A stretch of DNA of 53,520 nucleotides, the filler included, from Streblomastix strix (taxonomy: Eukaryota), in the NCBI GenBank assembly GCA_008636045.1. It is 3 parts of 3 records of this genome, joined end to end, with 100 filler letters (N's around TTAATTAATTAA, not from the genome) between each part and the next. Parts side by side here need not be neighbours in the genome. Positions count along the whole stretch, not along the records: positions 17,880 to 35,650 come from SNRW01000677.1; 2 more parts are not named here. One strand, written 5' to 3'. The translations under genes were made by a program, and so were the position numbers. The notes under the pieces were generated by a model. That model did no database searches. It was given only the letters and a program-made list of their open reading frames with translations, and had not been told where the DNA came from. Within the stretch, counting starts at the first letter, position 1; each line of letters opens with the position of its first letter. Of this stretch, positions 17,881 through 30,600 are shown one piece after another.

Positions 17881-20800
17881 GAATAAAAAGAGAAATTATT
17901 AGAAAAATAGAAAGAAATTGAGAAAGAAAAATAGAAAATGATTGAAAAAGAAAACGAATAAGAAAAAGAGTAATTAAAATAAATAGAAAAATAGAAGAAA
18001 AAGAAAAAATTATGGAATTAATATAATGATTAATATAAACTATTAAATATATTACTTTATCGACAATAATATGAAAATAATAATAAGAATTTGTAATTAT
18101 TATAAGTTGAAGATTAATTGTCAGATAGATTATCAGAAGTTGTTTTATATCCACAATAAGAAGACATTATATTTGATTTGGTTAAGAGAGAATCAGCAAT
18201 AAAATAAGTTAAAGCATTATTTGAACTGAGTGATGATATTATAAATGAAGGAAAGAATTGGTTATCAAACTTTGCTTTTAATATGTATAAATTTAGAAGT
18301 AAGAAAGAATTGGGAACTGATATTGATTAGACAGTTTAATAATCATCTTCATCTTCATCGTCTTCTGCTTAAACTTCTTCACCTCCTCAAGAATTTGCAG
18401 TAACACTTGAATCATTATTCTAAACACCATAATTAATAACTACTTAACCAACTCAACCAATTCCTTAACCTCCAATTTAGATTCAACTTCCAATTTGGAT
18501 AACACCTGCAGTAGATTAATAATTTAAACCTCCAATTGAAGGTCCATTTGGTTTAGTTCGTCCTTAAATATAACCAAGTATTTAAGTAGTTCCTTAATCT
18601 CCATTTGATTAATAACCAATCATATTAAATTAGTCAAAACCAACATAAGAATAATAATCATCTTCTTCTTCTTCTTCTTTATCTTCAATTCCAATTCCTC
18701 CTCCTTTATAACCAACATAATAAATTCAATCAGATTCAAATCTCAAATATAAACATCATCTTTCTCTTCTTTCCAGATATCCAATTCCTTAATCTCCAAG
18801 TTCTAAATTAAAAACAGATGAAGCGAGTGTAAAGAAATATAAAACATTCTCAAAAGCATTCTTCAGATGGTTATCAATGCCACTTAGATTAGATGACATT
18901 GAATCTTCTGAAGAAATTGAGAAATGTGCAAGAGATGCAATTAGACATATTGCTACTCTATTTGAAGATACTGAATAATTGAAAGATGAAGAAAAACAAA
19001 TTATTAAATGGCATGGAAATGAATGGAGTAATTATATCAATAAGTTACTGTATGAAAGATTAATCTAACTTCCATCATTGATTGAACATTCATTCCCATG
19101 GTTATCAAAGAAAGAAAAAGAAAAAGAAAGAATTAATATGAAAGAAATAAAGAAAGGATAAACTTCAACTCTAAAATCAATGAAATGTGAAACATCCACA
19201 TCATAAACATAAACATTAACATTAACATTACATTTGTAATCAACTGATTATAAAGATAAAGAAATTAAAGATCATTTGGATGATCAAATATTCTTCTAAT
19301 TAGTATAATCTGAAGCATCATTAAAGATCTTAGGAATTGAAAGAGGAGAATAATTGAATGTTGGATCCAAAGTTATAAATCTTGCAACTGGATAGAGATG
19401 TATTGTTGTTGAGAATTCTGGTTAATCTCCAATGGTTAGTGTTGTTTATGATGAAGGAATATAAAATGGAATTAATATTAATGAATAAAGTGGAAATATT
19501 AAAGAAACGAATGTTAATTATTTATAAGCATAACTTGTACCAATTGGATGTTTAGCTTTAGATTCAGATATAATTTAGAGTAATGATAATTGGTGGAGTT
19601 AATATTAAGAATGGAAGAAAGGAGATATAATTGGATGGATTTAAGCTATTCATGGAATTATTAGACTTCATAATGATTAATTCTCTTAATTAGGAAATTC
19701 TCAAATTAATTAACCTTCTTCTTCATAATAATAATAATAAACTTCATCATCAACATCTTCAACAACTACAACAAATTTGATATAAACTAATTAATTGAAT
19801 GATAATACTTCACTTGGAGCTTGTTTATTACTTTCAAGAGCGCATATTGATGCACTTGATTTACTTGGTCGTATTGTCTGGGGTAATTCAAGTTCAGAAA
19901 TACCAGATCTTTTCTCAATTGCAAAAGTTCATCATTTTGATAAATTAACATTTGATGATAATGAAGATAAAAGTAAATTAACTGAAAGATCAGAAAGATA
20001 AGATCGAATATTATAGAAGATATTGGGAACTGTAGTTAAAATTGCATCTCAAAACAAAGTTCAAGAGAATGAGAATATCCAAAAAAGAAGAATTGTTGCA
20101 TTAGAAACTGAATTAAGTGAATTGGAAGGAATTGTTGGTGAATCAAATATTTTAATTGAAGAAAGTGGAATTAAAGAGAAATAAGAAGATTTAAATAAGA
20201 AATCAGATGATAAAGAAGATTAATCTAAAAAAGATGCAATTGAAGCAGCAAGAAAATAAGCAGCATTGAGTTCAGGACCAAATGTGATTGATAAATATCT
20301 TATTAATTGGGAAGGAGCATTCTATACTGATGTTACATCACTTTGTTTTATATTATGTAAATAATGCTTAAGTCTATAAGCACTTAGATGTTCATGCGGA
20401 TCACCAGTATAATGGAGAGGTGCATTGCATAAAAGATAATATCATTGTAATATATGCAAATAGAAAGATAAAATTGATGAATTTATTGTCAATTGTAATT
20501 GTTAGAATGAAACTGGAATATCAGGTGGAATGGCATTAGGATTAGATATATAAAGAAAGGTTGTATTCTTTGCACTTGTAAGCAGAGGAGAAATGAAAAG
20601 ATTAAATGAGAAAGTGAATTCAAATAGTAAAGATACACTTGTTGCATTATTGCATTGTCCATAAACATCAGTATTACGTGTAGCAATGCATGATAACAAT
20701 CTTCTTGAATTGAATGTTAAAACTAAGAAATTAAAACATCCATCAGGAGGAGTTGATATTGAAACAGATAAAATCTAGCATCCAAGTCTTCCAATTGATC

Positions 20801-23800
20801 CAAGAGCTATATTTGAAATACCTGATGAAGAGAAAGTTGATAAAAAAGAAGATGAATAAGAATAAGAAAAAGAAATAATTAAAGAAAAAGAAAAAGAACC
20901 AACTAAAGAAATATCATTAAATACAAAACAAACTATTCAACCATCATATAAATTACCAGATGCAAGTAAATTAAGATGGAATATTCTTCCAGTTTATTTT
21001 TCAAAGAATTCTGAAATAATTACTTTATTTGCTGATATTCCATTATTAAAAGCAATGAAAAATATGGGGAAAGATATTCTGTGGAAGAATGTATAATCAA
21101 ATTCATAAGTATGGCTTGATTAAGGTAAGAAATTATAAGAAGAAGAAAATATGAAGTAAATAACTGCAACTTCAAAACCATCTATAATATCATCATCCAG
21201 TAGTAGTTCTGATACAATTGAATCACCACATTAAATATCATCAATTGGAGATGCTATTATATCTTCTTCTTCATCATCATCTTCTTCATCATCATTATCA
21301 TCATCATCTTCATCTTTTCCTATTAGTTCCATTAGAGATGAAATTTAATTAGATTAACGTGTTCTAGACATAATTAAATCCAAAGTATCAAAAGAACATG
21401 AAAAAGCAGTATCAACACAATGGATCTCAAATAGTTCATTTGTTATTGATAATGATAGTAAAGGTAATAAAGGAATTCATATTCATCCATCTATATTATA
21501 TATTGCAATATCAGCTCTTAGATTAAAACCAGGTCATAGAGTTCTTATTGTTGGAAGAGACATATTTCTGGCTTCAGATACAATTGGGGAATTGATTAAA
21601 CCTGGAGGAGTAATTGTGAGTTGTATTCCAAGTGAGATGGAAAAATATTAGTCAAATTTCTCTAGTTTAAGATAAAAGAATAAGAAAATTAAAATTATTT
21701 CCAATGAAGAATGTTGGAAGTTAAATTAACAGAGAAGAATTGGTATTGCATAATCTGAAAATATTGAGAACTTGAAAGAATAAGAATAAATATAAATTAA
21801 AGAGAAAGAATAAGTTAAAGAAAAGGAAAAAGAAAAAGTTAAAGAATCAGGAATAGATAATAAAGTTCCAAGATAAATATCAATTCAACATCTTCCATCA
21901 TATGATTTAATATAAGATTCTCTTGAAACATTATCTAATTTAATTCTTCCTGTATATCCATATGCTTTAAAACGTGATTTATATACATTTGACCATATAT
22001 TAATATTAGATAAAGTTGATACTAAAGTACTCTTACATTTAGCTTCATTATTAGAAGATAAAGATCCAGATTCATCAATTGTATGTCCAAGTATTAAAAA
22101 TGGAGGATAATTAAAACTTCTCAAACTCAAATATGATAAATCATTTGAATCATAATAAGAAGGAGGTTCATTATCAGTAAGAATATCAAAATAATGGAAA
22201 AAGAGATCAATATTTGAATAAACATAAGGAATTGGATTTATGCCACATCGAGGAAAAGGAAGATTATTCCTTTAAAATGAATTATAAGAGAATATTGTTG
22301 ATTAGAAACCAGATGATAATTAAGAATGGTATAAAAGAATATCATTTGATAAAGCAGGTGAAATAATAGATAAATATTTCACATAATAAACTTTTGCTCT
22401 TATTCCAAGATTTGATCAGATAATCATGTATTAAGTACAAAATAGTAATCCAGAGAAAAAAGATTTCCGTTCAGCTTAATCAGTTTGGAGCAACATTCAA
22501 TGTTTATAAAATGGTATTTGCAACAGACATTCACGACCACATGTTGGATAACATCATGAAAGTGAAAACACACTATCCAAATTATAAAGAGAAGGGAAAC
22601 TTAATTGGTCATCAAAACATTCACTTCCTGATTCATATTAACCATCTTCATCCCAAAGATAGAAAGATTTGTCTGATAGAAGAGAAAGTCGTTTAATATT
22701 TTCAAAATGTGTTGCATGCGGACTTTAAAATGGTCTTGGTTGTTGTTTATCATGTTTAGTAAATTGTCATAATCACACAAAGGAATAAAAGAAAGAAATT
22801 GAAAAGAAATGGTAAAAAGCAATAAAATAAGATTCAAGTCTTAAAAAGAAAGAAGAAACTAACGATAATTTGTATCATACAACTGGATATTGTGATTGTG
22901 GAGAAGATATGAAGTAGAATAATATGCCTAAACTATGGGAATGTATTTGTAGTGGATGGGAAGGTTAGGAAAAAGAATAATAAGATTTCATTGATGTAGT
23001 TGAAGGTAAAAGAGTGATTGGTATTGGAAATGGAAGTATTGAATCATAAATAGAAGGAATTGATGAATAAATTAACAATGATTTAATATTTGATGTTGAT
23101 GATTAAGATCATATGAGTTCAAATGATGAATTATTAATTGATGAATAAAAATAATAAGAAAATGAGAAGAAATAATAAGAAATAAAAGAAAGAGATTTAA
23201 GAGATAAAATAGAAGGAGTTGGATAATTCATGTGGAGTTGTCCAGATTAAGAAGTATTTGCTCCTTATTCAATTGTTGGTACAAGAAAAGCTATGTAATG
23301 GTCTCTTGAAGGAAAGAATGTTGTATTTCTTGGAAGAATGACACGTGAATTCTTATACAGTATGAAAGGAGAATGGAATAATGGAATAAAGAAAGAATAA
23401 GAGAAAGAGAAAGAAATAGATAAAGAGATAGATAAAGATTATGAGGAATAAGAATTTAAAAAAATAGTTTAAGATGCTTTAAATTTTTAATAATTGGAAG
23501 ATGAAAAAATAGAAAGAAAGAAAGAATTAGAAAAAGAAAAAGAAAAAGAGAAATAAAAAGAAATCCAGAAATTAATTGAAATAGAAGATGGAAAAGATGA
23601 TAAATAAAAGATGCAAGAAGTTATAGCGAATATTTCAGGTAAGAAATTAGAAGAAATGAACGAAGATGAATAATTGAGACTTGCATTATAACTTTCAATG
23701 GAAGAGTAATTTGAATCTGAAAGAGAATTTGAAAGAGAACAAGAAGAATAAGAAAGAATAAGATTAGAAGAATTAGAAATATAAAGATAAAGAGAATTGG

Positions 23801-24585
23801 AGATTCTTAGAGAGAAAGCAAAGGAAATATAAAAAGTGAAAGAAAAAGAATAAGAAAAAGAAAAAGAAAGTAAACCAGAAGAATCAAATGAATTAACTGG
23901 TCTTTTACTTCTTCTTGCTCTTCATTCTGTAAATAAATAGAAATAGTAAGAGAAATAAGAATAAGATACAATTATAAAAGAGAAAGAATAAAAATAAGAG
24001 AAATAAGAAGAAGAAGAAGAAGAAGAAGCTGATGTAGATAGTAATTTTGATTTTGAATTATAAGAAGGAGAAGAAGAAGATGATGAAGAAGATGATGAAG
24101 AAGATATTGATATTGAGAATGATGATGATTTTGATAATAAATTTGGATTTGATGATGAAGATGATGAAAAAGAAGATAAACATCGTGAGAATGAAGATGA
24201 AGATGAAGAAGATGATGATGATTCATCCAAATTAAAAGAAAAAGGAGAGAAATATTTAATAACTGAAGAAAAGAAAGAAGAAGAAGAATAAGAATAAAAG
24301 AGTGAAGAAATAAAATAAGAATAATCTGGAGATATTCATACTGGAGTTTCTTCATTACTTAAATCTGTTATTGGTTGGCCAAGTTAATAAGAAAAGAAAG
24401 ATAAATAAATTGGAAAGAAGAAGAAAAAGAAGAAGAAAGTTTAATCAAAGAAAAAAGGAAAGAAAAGTTAAATTGAATCAATTGAATAAGAAGATGAAGA
24501 TGAATAAGAAGAAGATAATGATGATGTTGATGATGATTTACTTGCAATGTTAGATAGAGCTTTAGAAGCAGATGGGAATGATGAA

Positions 24586-24627
<42 letters not shown>

Positions 24628-27600
24628 GATGAAGATGATGAAGAAGAAGTACCAAAGAAAGCAAAAAGTAGTAAAGTTTAATCAAATTCAGTTGGTAAGA
24701 AGAAAAAGAAGAAAGGAAATAAAAAGAAAAAGAAACCATTTGGTGTTTCATTTGATAGAAGAACTGGTCTAAAAGGAGGAATGGATTCAGATGATGATGA
24801 AGAAGAAGATGATGATGAAGAAGAAGAAGATGATGATGATGAAGATGAAGATGAAGAAGATATTAGTAGTAATGAAAATGATGATGATGAAGATGATGAT
24901 TAAAAGAAAAAGAAGAAGGATAAAAAGAAAAAAGATAAAAAGAAGAAAAAGAAAAAAGATAAGAAGAAAAAAGATAAGAAAAAGAAAGAAAAGAAGAAAT
25001 AATAAATAATTGAGAAATCATCCTACAAAGTTGACTTATAGAAAGATTTATTCCTTCTTGGATCAAATCTTCCTTATTTTGGAAGTGAATCTATTGCTGA
25101 AATTAAGATTGATGAAAATGACGAATAATAAATTGCACTTTAAATTCTGAGTCATGGAAAATTAAATGATGAAATAAAAGAGAAAGAAAAAGAAAAAGGA
25201 AAAGAAGTTTTAATTGATAAATAGAAAGATTCAGATAAAGATAAAAGTAAGAAAGAAAAAGAAACATCCAAATCAGCAGAATAAATTGCAATATCTAAAT
25301 TAGTGAAGTAGATTAAATAAATGAATAAAGATAAATGGATCACAGATTAAGAGAAAGATCGAATAAAGAAAGAAAAGAAAGAATAAAAACTTGCAAAGAA
25401 GAAAGCAAAGAAAGAAAAGAAGAAGAAAGAAAAAGAAAAAGAAGCAGAAACAGAAGAAGATAAAAAGAAAAAAGAAATAAAAGAATAAAAATAATTAAAA
25501 AAACAAATCAAATTAGAAAAAGCAAAAGAAGCTTGGCGTACATAATAAGACATAGAAGAAGAAATGACTCAATTAGATAAAACTGGATTATTATTGTTTA
25601 TTGGGAAAAAAGATGAAAAAGAAGATAATGAAGAAGATGATGAAGAAGAAGATGATGAAGAAGAAGAAGAAGAAGATGATGATGAAGAAGAAGATGATTA
25701 AACAAAAATAAAAGAAAAACTTGAGAAAGAAAAACACAAAATGGAATTAGCTATGTTCAAAATGAAAGTTGAATAACGTAAGAAACGTGAATAGAGAATT
25801 AGACGTCGAGCAGAACATGTTCATTCAGTTGCACTTGATGATGATGGAGTTCATCCTGTTTAATCTTCAGATTCTGATTAATCAACAACTCATGAAACAA
25901 TGGGATCTAGAATTGATGAAATGCATCAAAGATTACGTGAGATGATTGAAAGGATTAGTTAAAGTCCAAGTCATGATTCAGATGATCATGATCCTGATGT
26001 ATCACCTTAAACGCATTCTTCACATAATTCTTCTCATAATTCTTCAGATGATGAAGATGATTCAATTGGAGGAAGTGAGCATCATTCATCACATCCTGAT
26101 AGAGATAGTATTCATTCATTTCATTCACATCCTGATTCAGATGCAGAAACAGAACATCATCCTGATGATAGTGATAATTATGATTCATTATTGGATAGTT
26201 TAGATGGAAGTGATATTGATGATAGTGATATAAGTGAAGAAGAAGAATAATAAAATGTTGGATTAGTTACAGTTAATTAAGATTCTTAAAATGGAGCAAA
26301 TATTTGGTAATTACTAACAAATGCATTATAAGGAGGATAACAGAATAGAGGAAATAGAGATAATTAAGCTGAATAAATTGCAAATAGATTAGAAAGATTA
26401 ATATAAGGATTCTCTGATGGAATTGATTGGACTTCTTCAAAATAAGTAGAAATCCATCCAAAAGATATTTGTGTATTGAGAGGATATGCAAAATATGGAG
26501 GAGAAGATAGTGCTGCATAAATTGCAGGTATTACAGCAAAGATTTGGAAAACTACTCAAGGATATAGAGACCGAATATGTTAAGTGATTCGTATTGAAGA
26601 TGAAAGTGCATTTGTTAGAATAATAAACAAAGAAAGAAATTAATAAGAAACATTTTGGGTTGATAAGAAAGATCTGAAGAAATGGATTATTCCAAATAAT
26701 GTAGTTAATATCCTCAATATAATTGATAAAGAAAAGAAAGGAGATTATTTATAATATTCTGGAACATTGAAAGGTATAAAAGCATTGTAGCGAATTAGAA
26801 CTGCATTACTATTAGCTGAATTCTCACTTAATTAACATTCAGCACAAAATGTAATGATTGGTTTATTAGCTAATTAACCCAGAGAAAGACTGTTTCATGC
26901 AAAATAGATTTGTGAAGAAGGATTATTACTCAAATTCCTGATCTCTATTCTATAAGGAACAGTATTCATAGATATCAGACATCCAATTGAGATAATTGAT
27001 GGGAAATAATATAAGAGAGTAAGTCAATTATAGAATTGGAAATCAATTGATGATGAAGATTTGTTAATAACAGATCGATCAAATACAAATTAATAATAAA
27101 GTAATATAATTACTCCATCTCCAATTTAATTATTAAATACTCAATAATCATTTACATAATCATATTCATAATTCAAACCTAAATTCATAATTGAGAAACC
27201 AAATAATGATTTGGAATCAATTGCAATACTTACAAGAAGAATTGGATGGTGGATTGCAGATGAATTGATTAATGGGAACATAAGTGAAAGAAGTCTTGAA
27301 ATTCTTTCTTCTGATTATTTGGAGAAGAAAGAATAACAGAAGAAGCAGATTAATGTAACAATTAAAGGAACAATTGAGAAAGAGAAAGAGAAAGAAAATA
27401 ATACAAATACAATTGGAGATAAATAAGAAAGAGAAAAGATTGATCCTATCAAATAAGATCATGAAATTGAAGGATGGGGAGATGGATGTATAAGTTTCTT
27501 ACTCAGATCTCTTTTGAGTATTATTACTTATCCATAATCAGTTGCATTATCAATATTAGCAAGTGAATCAGTTGGTCTTCATGCAATTATTCCAAGAAAT

Positions 27601-30600
27601 GGATTCTTCTCTGAATCTGAAATATATCAGACTATTAATTAAAATGAATAAATAAGTTCATAAGGTTCAAAATTGAAATTATAGACATTGAAGAAACCAA
27701 CATTATAATCATCAAAAACAAATTTGCAATAATTTAATTCAAACAAACAACTTCCTGCAGCTTCAACATAAACTTCATAATTATCTTAACTCCATTTGCA
27801 AACATCAACATTGCATTCATCAAATAGATCAATATCTCCAAGCCCTCTTTTACAATCTCAAATATAATCAACATCAATTCTTAGAATTCCTCCATTTGGA
27901 ACATGCTAATTAAATATTGGAAAATAGAATAGATTTGGTCAAATTAATTTCTTATCTTCTACTTCATCATCAGGAACAGCAGTTGGAGGATCAAATTCAA
28001 CAGGAACTGGAATATAATTAAATGAAGTAATTGTAGTTGAGAGTCCTCATAATTATTTAGACAGCACTGATTTCTCTTAAGAATTGATTATTCCTGGAGC
28101 TAATGGACTTTCTATTGCATTTGATAGAAGATGTAGAACTGAATCAGGATCAGATGTATTAAAATTCATTAATCTCAACAACAATTCATTAATAAAAGAA
28201 TTCTCAGGTACAAGAGGATTCAGTAATTTTATCATTCCAGGAACAGATCGATGTAAATTTACTTTCCGTTCAGATGGATCAGTTAATGATTGGGGTTATA
28301 AATTCTTTGTTAAAGATGCAAAAGGAAGTGGAGGAACTTCAGGAACTGGTGGATCAACAACTGGAACTGGATAATCACTTCCATTTGTTTCTGGTGCTGG
28401 TATTGAATAATAATAATAAGGACTTCCATGGAATTAATATATTAATACTTTAGCTGAAGAATCATCAATAAATTAGAATAATTAGAATAATGAAAGAAAT
28501 GAAATATAAAAGTTGAATAGTAGCAAAGGGAAATTAGAGATTGTAACTTGGATATTACAATTACTTCTTGCTTTACCAAAGAGAGGAATTCATAAGAATA
28601 AGAAATTATTCAGATAGAAATCATTCACATCAAAAACTTAATCAGATGAATCAATTGGAGAATCATAAACATATTGGATTGATTTAGCACCATTAATTAG
28701 ACCTATTCTGAATATAGTAATGATTATAAATGGATAACATCCTCTATATAGAGTATTAACATTCTAATTAGGATAGATTATATAAAGATGGTCTGAATGC
28801 CATGAAATTGCTGGAATTCAACAACCAAATCAATTTCCTCTAATTTCTCAACCATCTTCTCCTTCTCCAATAATTAAATCATAATCTCCAAATTCTAATA
28901 ATGAATTGAATACAAATATTAATGGGAGTAATTCACCTTCAATTCAATAAGGTATTTATTAATCAAAACTTCCATGTAGATCCCTTCGTGGATTTCCATA
29001 TGGTCAAATAAAGAAGTTTATTTCTCATATTGGAATGGATTCAATATAAGATGATGATGAAGATGATGATGATGAAGATATTGATGATATGAATGAAGAT
29101 GAACCTGATCCAGATGTTGATATGACACTTCCACATGCTATTTAATTATTAGAATTAAAAGCTGAGATGGTTCATGCATGTAAAGTGAGAAAGAATATCA
29201 TTCAACATCGAAGTGGATTAATATAAGATGGATTAGATAAAAGTAAATCTGATATAAAATAACCTTCAACTTCTGATAATGGTGGAATTATTGGAATCAT
29301 AACAAACACATCAAATGTACCTGACTTAGATTTCTAACCAATTGAGATTGAGTAACTTGTTTCTGGTAAAACAAATATCTTCAGATTCCACATCTTGAAT
29401 GAATTAATAGCATTCTTCTTAGGACATAGATAGATATAAGCAGAGTTTATATGGTAAGGTGTAATAGATTCAGCAATGCGTGTTGGTATCGAGACTGAAC
29501 ATCCATATTCAGAAGACTGGGGAATGAATGTTGAATTCACAGGAGCAGATAAATTAAAAGTTAAATTGGATAAAAGAACTAAATTGGACAAAGAAAAGAA
29601 ACATTGTCTTATGATGAGTAAAGAATAATTTGGTGTTGAAGAGAAGAATATTGAAACTGATTCTGCAATCTCAGTTGATGTTGCTGGATCAAAAGTATTC
29701 CTTCATCTTCTGACTAAAAATACTCCTCCTTCAGAATAAAACAGTTTTGGTGTTCATGGTTGGATTATTCCTGAATTCAAAACATAAGAAGCTCAATAAA
29801 TATTTGGGAAGTAATTCTTATCCACAATGCGAAGGATTCATGAAATATTCTCAGATCGAAGTATCTGGAATTTAGAATTGGATTCAGCTATTGTTGATTT
29901 AATTAATCATGCATAAAGAAGATTGAAAATCCCCTGGTCTGAATTAGGAATGCGTGAAGCTATTGAAGAAGCTGTAGAATCATTCTAAGATTCATATACT
30001 AATACATCATCAGTATAATTAGAATAATAAGGAAGTTAATTACCTTCAATAACTATTCCAACTTCTCAATAATAATAATAATAAGATACAAATCTTGTTG
30101 TACCTCCTTCACTACAAATGCGCAATTAATAAATTGGAGGGAAATAAATTGGATCTTCACCTTCTCCTTCTAACCTAAATTCTCCAAATAAGATTCCTGC
30201 TTTAAATATTCCTTTAGGATTTTATTCTCCAATATAAATATTTGATATTAAATCTGAAGCTCTTGATCCAGATAATAAATATTTCTAATCTATATTAATA
30301 TAACCATCAACTAAAACACCACAACCTCCTTCTAATAATAATATTCCAATTACTGATCATCCAATTGATTATATTCCAATAGATTATATTCCTTAATAAA
30401 GATCTCCAACTCCATTCTCATAATAACAGACAATTAAATTTGATCGATTCAAACCTCAGATGAAGAATCCGATCTTAATTATCTTGTAAATGGCTTCTTC
30501 ACTTCCATCATAGAGTCCATTTGCACATATTCCACTTGATGTTTGTATTCAGATTGCAAAACCAATGCCAAAAGGAATTGAAGTGAAATAAACTGAAAAA

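Noticed and set aside
23922..26518. Poly-His, poly-Met and poly-Ser ORFs in the supplied track
   Set aside because: They are off-frame or antisense shadows of Asp/Glu/Lys tracts within the HECT gene.
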